A stretch of 64,000 nt of DNA from the human T2T-CHM13v2.0 reference genome, Homo sapiens (GCF_009914755.1 NC_060925.1), one strand, 5' to 3'. Shown: positions 1-16,280, counted from the stretch's first letter. The notes: generated from the letters alone by a model not told the origin. Numbers and translations: made by a program.

Positions 1-238
<238 letters not shown>

Positions 239-2462
239 TGAGGTTTTGATTTTTAATTAATTGTAGCTTTTTTCTGTTTTACAGTCTTCATTTAATTGTC
301 CTAGTTTCACATTAAAAATGGTATCTTTTTCATTCAGAATGCAAATTTCATTTCTTGAAGGAGAGTTTTCCTCTTGAAGCTTTTTAGTTTTTTATTTCAG
401 AAGTTCAACTTTTGCTGTATCTCACTGCATGTAATTTTCAGGTCATACATTTTTGCCTTCTGTACTTTCTTCTCTTGAGAAGGCCCGGGATAATAACTTT
501 CCCCTTCAACTTTTTCATCAGCTCCGATCATTTTTTCTCTGGTTCTAACACTGGTGTTATGGCCTGATGCTGAAGTGTTTCTCTTAAAGGCCCAGAAAAA
601 CAATGTTTTTCTTCAGTGTAATTTAATTTTGTACTCTTGGCTTTTCTTGATGTGTCTGAATTGTTTCATAACACTGTGAAAGTTTCCATGCTGTTACTAA
701 GAGCCATATATTCCTCTGCTTAAGGTACTAGTTTTCTTGTTTACATTCCTCTATAATATAGTGTACACTCTTAACCTTACACACATATTCTTCCTGTGTC
801 TCATGAAATTCAAGTACCTTTTCACCAGGTTAAACTTCCAGGTTGTCTAAATGGGCTTCCCATAAGGAGAAACAATCACACTGCAAAAGATTTTTCTTTA
901 CTGTTTCAGTAACTGGCCTGGAAAACAAAACATTTACATTTTATCAAGATAACTTTCAGTGTTATCTTTATTAGATTTTTGATCACTTAGGAAAGCTGAG
1001 GTCTGAAAGAATTAAGGTTTTAAAAATTCTTGTAACTTTCTGTATTGATTTTTAAGCCTTTTGGGTATGACTCTGATTAAATGAATGACTATTATTTCAG
1101 TGACCTGTGATCTTGTTTTGATCAAATGTTTGAGCCTTTGGGCATCTTTGACAAACTTTCCCAGAATCAAATTCTAAATTAAATCTCTTTGACCTAGAAT
1201 TAACTTTGGAATTTTCCAGTTGGGCCCCTGGAGAGCTTCAAAGAATGCATCTCTCATCTCATAGATATGTTAAATGACTAGGCTTATTTGATAAATTATA
1301 AGGAAAACTTTGTCAAATGATGAGTGATGCTAGATTTTCTTTCAGTTACGTTTATGGGTATGTTATTGATATAAATTTTCCAAAATTATATACAATTCTT
1401 AGAAATCTAATATGTCATCAGTCATAAATCTAGATATTGTGTTGTATGCCACAAAATAACTAAATTTTCTTGTCAATTTCTAATTACAATGAACTTCTAT
1501 CAGATTTTTAACCATGACAATTCTAAGTTTTTGTCATCTGTAGTTTATCATTTTAAATTCCTCTCTAAAGGCATTTACAATAAGATTTATGGAAGACTGT
1601 AACAAATACTCTTAAAATACAAGTTTATAATACCTTTAAGATCAATGGACTAAATGAAATGTTTTTCAAAGCTCTAATAAAAAACTGATGGGTGCATACA
1701 ACTACTAATCAAGATCAAGCAGAACAAAAATTAGCTACGTGAGATTGATAAATATAATGTTTTTATGACTTTTATTTAAAACATTATTGGTTCTTTACTG
1801 AATTATTCTGTTTTCTAGACTTAAAAAATTTTCTCTCTTAAGCTAACTATAGTTTACAGCAATTTGGTAAAGTATACTTTTGTAAACAAGTTGGAAACAT
1901 TTGCTTTTTATCTCTACTGGATTCCTTCAGAATTTAGAATCTATTCATGAGTATTCTTATGGCAGTATGGTTATTTACACAAGTCCAGTAAAAATCTGCT
2001 CTCTCTTTATAGTAGGATACAATTGAAGACATTAGTTATATTGCCAAGGCTTTGACTGAAATGTCATATTTTAAAATATGCGTGTAATGCCTGACTTCAA
2101 GAGTTCTCAGCCTTACAGTGAGTAAATAAGAATCGTCACTTCCTGGCATGCCCAGGAACCTTAAGACTATAGGTGAAATATAGAGTCTGCCTTGGTTTAG
2201 CTTGCTAGACTCAAGTGATTTTTAAAATCTGAGATTCCTTTGTAATCAACATATAGAGAAAAAATTGTATTTCTCAAGAAAAGCTATAATATATATCAGT
2301 TATTAGCTTGTAGCTCTGTGTACTGTTTTCAAGTCTTCATTATGTAACTGTGGACTTGACTAAATTCTGAGTTTTTCTAGATTCCTCCAACCCAACTTTC
2401 TTCCATAAAATGATTAAAAACAGGAACTACTTTGTTCCTGAAGCCTTGTAAGCTACAACTAA

Positions 2463-2769
<307 letters not shown>

Positions 2770-2950
2770 TAAACTAAATTTTAAGGAACAAGTCTTGTGC
2801 TTGATGTATGGACCACATAAAGAAATTCACTAAACCACCCAGTGCCATAACGAGAGACATTCAAACTGTAAACCAACATAGGAAGTTGATATTTTCATAC
2901 TGTAGACAGCTTTTCCCAAGGTGGTGGGACACGACTTCATATTATAATGA

Positions 2951-3247
<297 letters not shown>

Positions 3248-3494
3248 TATAATGAGACTCTCAACTCCTCTTAATGCCTACCTTTTTCTCTAGACAGAAC
3301 CTGACACCCCCAACACCCTGCTGCAAATCCTTTAATCTATCTAGTGGGTAATTTTGACAGTATGTCTAACACAACTTATTATTAAAATTGTGCTAGTAGT
3401 TGCTCTTATAGAGTTGGCAATCCCTGCTTTAATTCAACGCAGTCATAAAATGAAACTCAACTACAACAGGTCTCATTCAGTTCCCTCATAGTCT

Positions 3495-3700
3495 TTTGAT
3501 TTGCTTAGTTAGTTTCCCTTAGCCTTGGGCTCTTGGTTCAAAACCCTTATACAAACTAAATGTATTACATTGTCGCTAATTATTTTTTTCATATCACAAT
3601 CCTTAAGCTTTGTTCTTGTTGCCTGTTTAATCTTTGTAAAGCCAGTTCTCCCAATAGGATAATGTTAGCCCAATGCTTTAAAATGATTGCTAATACCCAT
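3495..3700 (+). pseudogene. Decayed retroviral env transmembrane/cytoplasmic-tail remnant
   Basis: From 3495 reads FDLLS*FPLALGSWFKTLIQTKCITLSLIIFFI, then after a frameshift ILKLCSCCLFNLC...RIMLAQ. It lies just upstream of the PPT/LTR, where env ends. Confidence 0.55.
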
Positions 3701-4244
3701 GGGACTAATATAAGGAAACTCAATACTGGACCCCAGACAAGCCTGCCCTGAGAAAATTTTTCCTTCTGGACTTTTTGTTCCTCAAATATAGCCTAGGTCC
3801 CTGACATAGATTCCTGTACCTTCTCCCCGTTGTGGGACAGAAACTGGGATAGGACCATTCCAGTACAGTGGGACAATGAAGCTTGACTTCAAGATGCTTC
3901 AGTGATGCTTCCAAATAAATATCTTGATAAAAGAGGGAAATATGAAAGCTGATTATACAAATTTTTGTCATATCCAGCTACATCAGAGTCAGGAGGCCGG
4001 GGGAATAAAACACTTGGGGCACATAGCTCCAATTCCCAAAAAATTGAATTTTCTGCAAGCCCAGCTGCTGAAACAAACTACTGTAACCCTTAGACCAGTT
4101 TTATATAGTAACTGCTGAAATGACCTTCTGTGACTCTAAGATTTGTTTTACCTACCACCATCAGTCACCAATCAGAGCTTGACAGCTCCCAAAAGTTTCT
4201 CTAGTGCCAATGAGCTTTCTTTCAAAACAATACATAACATTTCT

Positions 4245-4838
<594 letters not shown>

Positions 4839-5125
4839 TAATAAAACCTTCCACCTTCTCTTTCTTCTTTGGATGTACCACTCCAGTATGTGTGTATACC
4901 GCAAATGGCAATTCTGTGATTCCCAAATGAAATGCTTAATTTAGAGATTCGTCCTTATATTTTATTTTGACTTTAGCACTCCAGTGCAACTGCAAAAAAT
5001 GTGCTCATTTTCTGTTTCAAGTTTTGTCCAATTCAACCAGTATCTTCACGTTACTACTAAAATCAGACACTGTGCTTGGCACTGTGGCACTGTGGGGGAG
5101 CAAAGATGATTAAGATATGCGTTCA

Positions 5126-5432
<307 letters not shown>

Positions 5433-6129
5433 GATATGTGTTCAAAAGGAAACTGACCCTGTCAGCTCTCTCAGTGAGGAAGCTTTTAAGAAGAACTTAC
5501 CTGGGGAGCTGATGCCACAGGCAATTTGGCAAGGCTAAGCATAAGCAAATCGAACCAGCAGTTCAGAATGAAGAGTTGCTCCTCGGCTCCCAGGCTGGAG
5601 GGGTAGCCAGAAGGGGCTCGACTATAGACAGAAGGGTAGCTGAGAGATGGGAGAGGGAATAGCTAGGCTACCAACTTCTATTATTACTGGACATATTCCA
5701 CCAAAGAGCAGCTTTTTGAAAAACATTGGGTAACATATTGACAGGATGGTTTTTGAAGCTACCATGAAAAATCCATTAATGAAAACAAGTCCCAGGTACA
5801 CCCAGAGAAGGCAGATGAGGAGTAAGCAGCACCTTTTTAGAGTTTTCAGGAACCCCACTAGGCACACACCCTGCCCTATTTCACCCTCAAGTTGTCCTTT
5901 TTATTTTAGAACCTGCTTATACCTCTATTGTTTGGGGATTGTGAATCCCTGTGGCCATGTTGCAGTGATAGCTTTCCTTTTATTTGTTTGTTTTCCTGCA
6001 AAATGATGGGTTTTGGTAGATGAGCTTTGAGTGCAGCTGAGATGGGTGAGAGTGAAGAGTCAGGAACCATTGGTCATGGAGGAGGGAACTTTATCACTTT
6101 GATACAAAGGCCCAGTGAGGCCAGAGCCC

Positions 6130-6675
6130 AGGGTGGAGACAGGGATTATGCTGAGAGATGACCCAGAGAGATGGGCAGAGGCTGAGCCATATGAGATTTG
6201 AAAGGCCAAAGAACTCTGTTTTTAACTCAAGGGAAACTAGATGCTATTGAAATATCTGTACATGGAGGGATGACATGATGAGAACTGCTTTTCCAAAATC
6301 ACAGTGGCTGAAGAGTGGGGAATGCACTGGAGTGAGAGTGACCAGAGAGACTGCAGGGATACCGGTTATGACACAGTCATGCAGACGAGATGATGAGCTG
6401 GATGTAGGAAAGTGGACACAGAAAAGCAGTAAAGCAGGCAGATTTAAGATATATTTAGGAGACAGTATCATCAAGACTTGGTGAGAGGCTGGATGTTGGA
6501 GGTGAGGGAGAGGGAAGTATCAGGGTGACTCCTGAGTGTCCAACTTGGGTAACTGGGTGAGTGGGTGGAGGTGCCATCCACAGACACAGTGACAACAGAG
6601 GACCAGGTATAGAAGGGAAAACCAAATTCCATATTTGACAAGTTAAGTTTGAGGTGTCTTTGAGATGTGCAAGTG
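6130..6675 (-). mobile_element. L2 fragment
   Basis: Typical reverse L2 motifs (gacttggtga...ggatgttggaggtgag, ttgacaagttaagtttgaggtgtctttgagatg). Confidence 0.7.
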
Positions 6676-6689
6676 CGTGTGTTGAGGAA

Positions 6690-9322
6690 ACTGATCTATC
6701 ATCTCTGTAGCTTTGTCTTTTCCAGAATGTCATGTAAATGGGATCATAGAGGTGTAGGCTTTTCAGATAGGCCCCTTTCCCTTGACTATGTATTTAAAAT
6801 GCATCCATGTTTTTGCAAGGGTTGACGGCTCATTTATTTTTATTGCTAAATAATATCCCATTTTATGGATGTATCATAGTTTATTTACCTGTTGAGGGAC
6901 ATCTTGGTTGCTTGCAGTTTGGGGCAATTATGAATAAAATTGCTACAAACATTTGTATGGATGTTTTGTGGAGACATAAATTTTCAAATCAGTTGAGTAA
7001 ATACCTAGGAGAATGGCTTCTGAGCCTTATAGTAAGACTATGTTTAGCTTTGTGAAAAACTGCCAACCTGTCTTCTGAAGGGGCTGTACCATTCTGCATT
7101 CCCACTGGTAATGAATGAGAGTTCCTGTTGCTCCACATCCCTGCCAGCAACGGGCATCCTCAGTTCTTTTTGGCTTTTAACTCTTCTAATAGGTGTGTAA
7201 TGTTAACTCGTTGTTGTTTAAATTAGCAATTCCCTAATGACAAATTATGTTGAGTATTTTTTCAGGTGCTTAGTTGCTACCTTTTTTTGTGAAGAGTCTG
7301 TTCAGATCTTTTGCTCCTTTTTAAATTAGGTTGTTTTTTTATTATTGAATTTTAAGAGTTCTTCATATATTTTGGATACAAATCTTTTACCAGATATGTG
7401 TTTTTCAAATGTGTTCTGTCAGTCTCTGCCTTATATTTTCATTTTTAAAATGTGTCTTTCTTACAGAAGAAGCTTTTAATTTTAATAAACTCAACTTGTC
7501 AGTTTTCCCCCATGTATCATGCTTTTGGTGTTGTAACTATAAACTTATTGCAAAATCCAAGGTCATCTAGATTTCTTCCTACATTTTCTTCTAGGAATTT
7601 TATTGTTTTGCATTTTATATTTAGATTTGTCACCAATTTTGAATGAATTTATGTGAAAGATGTAAGGTCTGTGCCTAGGTTCTTTTTTTTGTTTTGTTTT
7701 GTTTTTGCATATGGAAGTCCAATTGTTTAAGCACCATTTTTAATTGCTTTTCTCCTTTGTAAAAAAACCAGTTGATTATATTTGTGTGGGTCTATTTCTG
7801 GGCTCTCTATTCTGGTCTCTTGATCTGTGTGTCTAATTTTCACTGTTTTGTTTACTGTAGCTTTATAGTTAGTCTTGATAATGGATTGTGTGAGTCCTCC
7901 AACGTTGTTCTTTTTCAGTATTGTATTGGCTATTCTAGTCAATACAATATAGAAAGGCAAATACGTATTTGCCTTTCTATATAAATTTAAAATCAGTTTG
8001 TCAATATTTATAAAATATTTTAGTAGCATTTTGATTGTTATTGCATAGAGTCTATGTATCAAGTTGGAAAAAATTGAATATTGAGTCTTTCAATCCATGA
8101 GCATGGAATATCTCTTCTATTTAGGTCATTAAAACTTTCTTTTATCAATGTTTTAGAATTTTTAAATATATAGATCCTGTACATATTTTGTTAGATTTAT
8201 AGCTAAATAGTTCATTTTTCATTGCTATTATAAATGGTATTTTAAAAAATACTTAAAATTCTAATGTGTATTGATGGTATGCAGGAAAGCAACTGATTTT
8301 TGTATATTGACCTTGTATCCTGTGACCTTGATATACTTACTTATTAATTCTAGGAGATTTTTTTTTGCAGAATTTTAGGATTTTTCCATAAACAATTATG
8401 CCATCAGTGAATAAAGACAGATATACCTTTTATTTCTTTTTCTTGTCTTATTGTGCTAGTTAGGACTTCCAGTACAATGTTGAATAGAGTGGCGAGAGAG
8501 GATGTCCTTACCTTATTCTCGATCTTAGTCTCACCATTAAATATGATGTTAGCTGTGGATTTAGATGTTCTATATTGAGTGGAGGAAGTTTTCCTCTACT
8601 CCTAGTTTGCTGAGAATTGTTTTTTTTTCTGATGATGATGAATGAGTATTGGATTTTGTTGAATGCTTTTTCTGCATCAATTGATATAATCATATGACTT
8701 CTTTAGCCTCCTGATATGGTAGACTACATTGGCTGATTTGCAAATGTGGAACTATCCTTGCATACTTGGAATAAAGTCCACTTGGTTGTCATGTGTAATT
8801 CTTCTCATATACAATTAGTTTGATTTGCGAATATTTTGTTGATGATTTTTTTGTCTATGATGTTCATAGGAGATATTGATCTGACTTTTGTTATAATGTC
8901 TTTATCTAGTTTAGGTATTAGGATAATGTTGGCCTCACAGACTGAGTTAAATGTTCTCTCTGCCTCTATTTTCTGAAAGATTTCTGGAGAATTGGTAATA
9001 TTTCTTCCTTAAATATTTGGTAGAATTTATTGGTAAATATATCTGGGCCTGGCGTTTTCTTTTTTGGAAGGTCTTCAATTATTGATTCAATTTCTTTAAT
9101 AGATATAGGTCTATTTAGGTTATCTGGCCTTCTATGAATCTTGGTAGTTTGTATCGTTCAAGGAAATTGTTCATTTCATCTAAGTTATTCAATTTGTGTA
9201 TGCAGAGTTATTTCCTTCTTAGTCCCTTATTATCCTATTGATGTCCATGGGATCAATAGTGGTGACCATTCTTTAATTTCTGATATTGGTAATTTGTATA
9301 TTCTTTCCTTTTTTTCTTTGCT
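6690..9322 (-). mobile_element. Old L1M (MB/MC-type) 3' UTR plus decayed ORF2
   Basis: Reverse L1 3' UTR. Minus-strand ORFs carry ORF2 motifs (MIISIDAEKAFNKIQY; RIESPEIDPHKY). Confidence 0.9.
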
Positions 9323-9531
9323 AGGAGGAGGAAAAAAACTCCTTAAGTAATGAAACTACAAACTACAAGATCAGGTTTTAACAGTGTTTTGTAGTATTTG
9401 GCTCTCTGACACATGACATATTTCAGTGACATAATTGCATAATTTGATGGCTTATTACATCTAAAAATGAGAAAAGTTTGGGTGCTACAATCACTTAATC
9501 TTAAGAAGTTTTGAATTTTAACTTTCAGCAA

Positions 9532-10025
9532 GTCATTTAACAAGTAACTGAGCATCTGCTTTGTGCCAGTCACTGTGCTGGGCCCTGGGATACACTGGTG
9601 AGCAAAGTAGACATGGTTCCTATTTTCATAGGGACTGGGCTAACATTAATCAAATGATGTCTCAAATAAAGGAAAAGTTGCTGTTGTGATAAGTTATATG
9701 AAGGAGAAAGGTGTGAGGTCTATGATATCAATGAGTAGAGGAGTTTGACTTAGCCCAGGAAATCAAGGAAGACTTACCCAGTGAGAGACAACTGAGCTGA
9801 GGTCTGAGGATTAAGTAGAAGTTAGCTGGGCAGAAAGTGAAATGGGACTATGCCAATATGCTGTTCTGAAAGAAGGTCAGTGTGTTTGAGGGTGGAAATA
9901 AGGGGTGGGAATGTGGTGGAAGGTAAGGGTAAGGAGGAGCAGGGCCTGGCCATGCTGGAGTTCTGCCATTATCCTATGAGCAGGGGAGTTTTGCCTTCAT
10001 GCTAAGACTGATGCAAATCACTGAG
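9532..10025 (-). mobile_element. L2 3' end
   Basis: tcatttaacaagtaactgagcatctgctttgtgccag is a reverse L2 terminus. Confidence 0.75.
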
Positions 10026-10224
10026 GCTGCTTTCCATCTCCTGTCTCTTCTTAGAAGGAAGCAAAAGCTGGGAGAGAAACAGAAGACAGAGAACTTGTGT
10101 TTATTCCTTACCATTTTCCTCATTTAGCCATCTCTGTGGGGCATACTTATGTAGTATTTTTAAATAAATATTTTTATTAAGATATAATTAACAATAATAT
10201 TCAACCATTTATAAAGTACAGTTT

Positions 10225-10844
<620 letters not shown>

Positions 10845-11444
10845 AATTCAATGACTTTTAATAAACTTACAGAGTTGTGCAACCACTATCACAGTCCAGT
10901 GGTGACCATTTCTATGACTCAACAAGTTCCCCTATGTTCGTTTATAGTTCATCCCCACCCTCCACAACTCCCCAGCATCCCAGGCATTCGCTGGTCTCAT
11001 GTCTATTTCTATAAATTTGCTTTTTAAATGTTTGGCATTTCATATAAAGAGAGTCCTCCTACATGTAGTCTTTTGCATCTGGACTGTTAGCATAACATGT
11101 TAAAGGTGCATCCTCAGTAGTATGTATCAGTAGTTCATTCCTTTTTATTGCTGAGATATTTCATTGGATGAAAGTCACATTTGTGTATTCTCTTACCAGT
11201 TGATGGACATTTGTGTTGATCCCACATTTTGGCTATTATGAATAATGCTGCTATGAATGTTTGAGTATGAATCTTTTTATGGTCATATATTTTCATTTCT
11301 CTTGGGTATATTCCTGGTCATGAAATTGCTGGGTCTAATGGTAAGTTTATGTTTAGCTTTTTAAGAAACTGCCACACTGTTTTCTCAAAGTGATTGTATC
11401 ATTTTTACATTCCTACATTTCCAACAGTAATATATGAGAGTGCC

Positions 11445-11649
11445 ACATAGACACAAAGAGGGAAACAACAGACACTGTGGCCTACCTGAGGGTGGAAGGT
11501 GGGAGGAGGAAGAGTAACAGAAAAAATAACTATTGGGTACTGGACTTAGTACCTGGGTGATCAAATAATCTGTGACATAAGTTTACCTTATAACAAACTT
11601 GCCCCTGTACCACTGAACCTAAAATAAAACTTTAAAAAAATATAAAAAA
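11445..11649 (+). mobile_element. Older L1PA (PA13-16-like) 3' end, 5'-truncated
   Basis: gacacaaagagggaaacaacagacactg...ctgaacctaaaataaaa followed by an A-rich tail. Confidence 0.85.
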
Positions 11650-11773
11650 GTGATGTTAAGATGAGACCACATTTTCCAAACACAAAGAAAAATTATTTTG
11701 AAAAATTTGCCAATTTTCGAAGTCTGGTATCATCCACTTGTAAAGAGTAAAGTCACTGTTATGAAAAAAAAAA
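11650..11773 (+). other. Probable L1 3'-transduced segment with second poly(A)
   Basis: Non-L1 sequence between the L1 tail and a second A-run. AGTAAA at 11746-11751. The TSD encloses both. Confidence 0.65.
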
Positions 11774-11981
11774 CACATACAAGAGTTCCTCTTTCACCAC
11801 ATTCTTAACATTGATGTTGTCTTTGAAAATTATAGACATCACGTGGGTATGTATTGGCATCTCATTGTGGCTTTAGTTTGCATTTACTAATTCATTAGTT
11901 GAGCATGTTTTTATGAGTTACTTAGCCATTCATATACTCTCTTTGGTGAACTGTCTACTCCAGTCTTTCACCCATTTTTAA

Positions 11982-12325
<344 letters not shown>

Positions 12326-12390
12326 ACTTCATTTTATTTATCTTTTCATTGTGCTTAGTTTTTTCCATACCAAAGAAATATATGCTCATT

Positions 12391-12496
12391 ACCCAGGAGG
12401 CAGAGGTTGCAGCAAGCCAAGATCGCACCACAGCACTCCAGCCTGGGTGACAGAGTGAGACTCCAACTCAGAAAAAAAAAAAAAAAAAAAACCAAC
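12391..12496 (+). mobile_element. 5'-truncated Alu (part of right arm)
   Basis: Alu 3' end with A-tail. 19-bp perfect TSD aagaaatatatgctcatta at 12373-12391 and 12497-12515. Confidence 0.93.
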
Positions 12497-13787
12497 AAGA
12501 AATATATGCTCATTAAAACAACTTCAAACAGCAGAGAAAGTGAGAGCCCCCATCATCTCACACCTTTATTCCCACTTTACAGATGAGAAAACAGAGGCTT
12601 TTGGCACTTTCTATATGACACAGCCTCATCCCTTATGAGCACAAAGCTGGGCTCTTTGTTTGCCTGGTGTCACACCAGCAGCTCCATGACAAGGAGAGGG
12701 AGGAACCAAGCCCTGGGGAGGTCTCAGGAAGCTGGAAACAACTGGCTCACGTGTGAGGATTTGTCTTCTGAGTTGGCACCAGCAAGCCAGTATTCACAGT
12801 GGATTCACAGAGGAGCCTGCTTCCCCACTCAGGGATGGCAGAGAAGAGCAATAATCTTTGCAAAATCTAAATAGCATTGTCTCAAGTGAACTAGAGGGCG
12901 GACTCTGTCCACAAATCTAGGGCTGATGAATTACCTGTGCAGGTGCCTCTGGCGCCAGTATCCTCGCTCAGGACCAGAAGTAGGGTAATTACTTCTCTGG
13001 CGGTGGTTATCTGGAGTGAGCTGGCCCATTTTTCTCTGTTTTTGCTGTTGGATTTCAGGAAAATGTCAGCTGCAGTAGCCCACCCCGACCCCCTTATCTA
13101 AATGTTGGATTTATTTGATGACTCCTCTAGTTCTGGTGACAGGGGCCAGAGCGGGCCCTGCAGTAAGAACTGGGTCCTTGAGCCCTGCCCAGAGGCTTCT
13201 CTCGGAGGGTGTGATGGGCAGGAGCCGGATAGCCAAAACTGTCCTTCCCATCAGTGGCCCCATAAGTGTCCCTTCCCTTCCCCTTCCCCCACTCTGTGGT
13301 CTGGCTTTGCCCAACTCAAGGCAGGGGGAATGGGCTGAGGTATAGATTTTTCAGACTTGGGAAATGTTGTCTTTTCTGAGCAGCGATTTACAAGGCTGCA
13401 ATTTGAGGTTCAGTTTCTAAAGGAAGACAGGAGACTACTGAGATGGGCAGTGGCAGACCCACCCCACTCAGGAATATAGATAAAGGGAGTGTTTCTGGGA
13501 ACTGAGGTGGGACTGGCAGTGGGAATGGGAAGGAGAAGGGCCCATTTTGCCCTTTTCACCATTCCTCCCACCCCCAAAACCCCTTTTCCTCTCCATCTTT
13601 CTCAACCTTGGCACTGACATGTGGTTCTTTTCTTGCCTCGATCTGGATCTCTCACAGTGCTCTCTTGAATCATGTCTTAGCTCTGGGATCCCTCAAGCTG
13701 GCGAGACCATGGAATATTTAGATAATCAGTTAATGTTTACATTGGCAGAGCCTTATCCATCTATGGTGACTACTGTTGGTCTCCTTG

Positions 13788-14250
13788 TTCATTCATTCAT
13801 TCATTCATTCATTCAATATTTATTAAATATTCACTCTGCAATGGTCGCTGTGCTAGCTGCTGGAGATATAACAGAGAGCAGAATCAGATACGGTTCCTGC
13901 CCTCCTGGAGCTTAGACTACAGTGGGAGCAGGCAACATCAGAAATAAATCATAAATGCATGCACAGTTAGAGCTGTAGTAAGTGGTCAGGGAAAACTCTC
14001 TTGAGGAAGTGAGGAAGAGGAGTTTCTCAGGTAAGAGGAAGGAAAAAAGCATTCTAGGCAAAATTAATAGCATGTGCAATGGCTCTGGGTTGGCAGGTCA
14101 GCAACGCCAGGAGGCAAGTGTGTTTGGAGCAGATAAAGTGAGGAGCAGTGGGGTGACATGAGACTGGGGCAAGCTTGGGCCCAGGAGACGTTCTGTTTCT
14201 CTAACCAGGGCTGCAGGGAGCCTTTGAAGGCATTGGAGCAGGGAGATTTA
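13788..14250 (-). mobile_element. L2 3' end with (TTCA)n tail
   Basis: (ttca)n then atatttattaaat, followed by reverse L2 body. Confidence 0.8.
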
Positions 14251-15618
14251 GGCCCCGCAGTCAGGCAATCTCCCAGATCCTACTCCACTTCCAGGAAATT
14301 GCCAAGGCCATTGCGATTCTTTGCTGTCCGTATTGAAGGTGCTTCTGTCACCGGGGTGCGGGGGTGGTAGTGGCTTGGTTTCCTCAACCAATTTGTTTCC
14401 TGGGATCCCAAACATCTGAATTTGGACAGGTCACAGCCAGATCCACAGCAGCTTATGCGGAAAGATAATTCAGAGAAAAGCATTGGCTGCCACAATGAAT
14501 CCGACGCAAACCTTCACTGTCAAGGCCTGAGTACCAGACAGGCCGTGGCTGCTAAAGCCCTTCCCTTGGCAGCAGCTGTGACCACATTTGTGGTTGGAAA
14601 TGGTCCCCATTAGCCCTTACTGACCTCACTCTTGTCTAACAACTGAGTGTAAAATCTTCTGTGTATTAAATTGGGCACTTTGAACCTTGGCATAAAAAAA
14701 GAAAGATCAATCCTTTCAGGGCACAAAGAGCTGAAGCACTTTCTCTTGTGGGAAACCATTCACCCCCATTCCAGGAAGCCCTGGGGTGGGTTCTCCTGGG
14801 AGCCTGGCAGACACTCTGCCTCCCTTACCTCTTCCCTGGGTTCCAGTGTGCCCTCTCGAGGGGAAGGGAGGGGAAGGGTGCACTTCAGCTGGGTTGGCCC
14901 AGGAAGGCATTCAGCCGACCTCACCTGCTCCTGCAGTCAGTAGCCATACTGGTGTTCTATTAGTGGTGTGTGTAATGGAGACACCATTCTCTCCCTTTCC
15001 CCCTTTCCCCACTGACCCTGGAAATAGGAACCTCCACCCTCTTGGGAGCATTGTCCAGAAGCTTTTGCTTCAGTTCCCATCTCTCATTTGCACTTCTTTG
15101 GAGGAGGAGGAGGGATTCATCTGATAAGTGAATTCAATTGACATTGTCATTCTGTAACCCACACAATTAAATTGTATTTGATTTTCAGCAATATCTGTCC
15201 TGTGGCTATAAAAATAAATTCTTTTAGGGTTGTCATGGGATCCCTCTGGTTCTCAGGTAATGATATGAGCTAAGAGTTTAAGGAACTGAGCTTTTCACTT
15301 ATTTCTGTACATGATTTAGTGCATCCAGGAGCATCCATCACACACCCCAGTTCTTGAAATCGTCATTATTGCCACAGTGCCCCTGTTGAAGGGGCCCTCA
15401 TGCTCCAAGGTGCTTGCTTCAATTGGCACCTCATCACAATCAACCAGTGGTGAGATGATTCAGTTAATTGTGACCCACTGCCTGCTGAGAGTTACTAGTA
15501 GTCCACTTCCCATTAGCAAGGAGCTAGCACTGTGCTCAAGTCCAGGGGTATGACCAAACCAATATCAAGATGCTGCCTTTGAAGGTCTGTCTCCTGGGAG
15601 CACTCTTGGCATCAGTTC

Positions 15619-16280
15619 AGTATCAGTAAGGATCCAATCAGGAGATAGAAGCCATGTCACAAATTAGAACAGAAAAAATTTAATATCTTTAAGAATTATT
15701 AACTAGTAAACTACTAAGAGGATATAGAATATGAAGGATCTAGAAACAGCAAATACAGAAAGCATCTGCTACCCCTAGGGCTACGGGTGAGTGAGCTGGG
15801 AAAGAAGGAGGAACTTAGAAGAGTCCTCTCCACCACTCCCCGCCAATGCTGAAATTCAGATTTCTTCAGAAGGCGTGACGCGTCTTCTGCCAATGTCCAA
15901 GAGAGTTGCTTCAGGGCTCAGCTAGAGCTGGTCCAGGTGGTGGGGAAGCTTGCTGCAGGGTATGGTTTAGAGGGGTCTCCAGAACCAGTCTGGTGGTGGC
16001 GAGAAGCACAGTGGCTGGAGCTTGGCTGTGCAGGCCCTTCGGTGTGCTTTCTGGGTCTCCTCCTGGGTGCTGCCTGGAAGTCAGCACTCCTGAAGCAGGC
16101 ATGAAAGCATGCTCCCCACTGCTATGTTCCTGCTGTTTCCTTCCAGAACCCTCCATTGACAAAGATTACCATCAAGCCAACTGGCAAAGGAAAAATGTTT
16201 ACAGGGTCTAGCTTTGCTAACCAAAAAAGAGCAAAGGAGGTTAGATTTGGAGTTGAGAGGCAACACATTGATGCCAGGCA
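15619..16280 (-). mobile_element. ERVL-type solo LTR (LTR41/LTR52-like)
   Basis: tcagtaaggatccaatcaggagatagaagcca...tttaatat...aagaattattaacta at the start and ggcaaaggaaaaatgtttacagggt...ggcaca at the end match recalled consensus. Confidence 0.6.
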
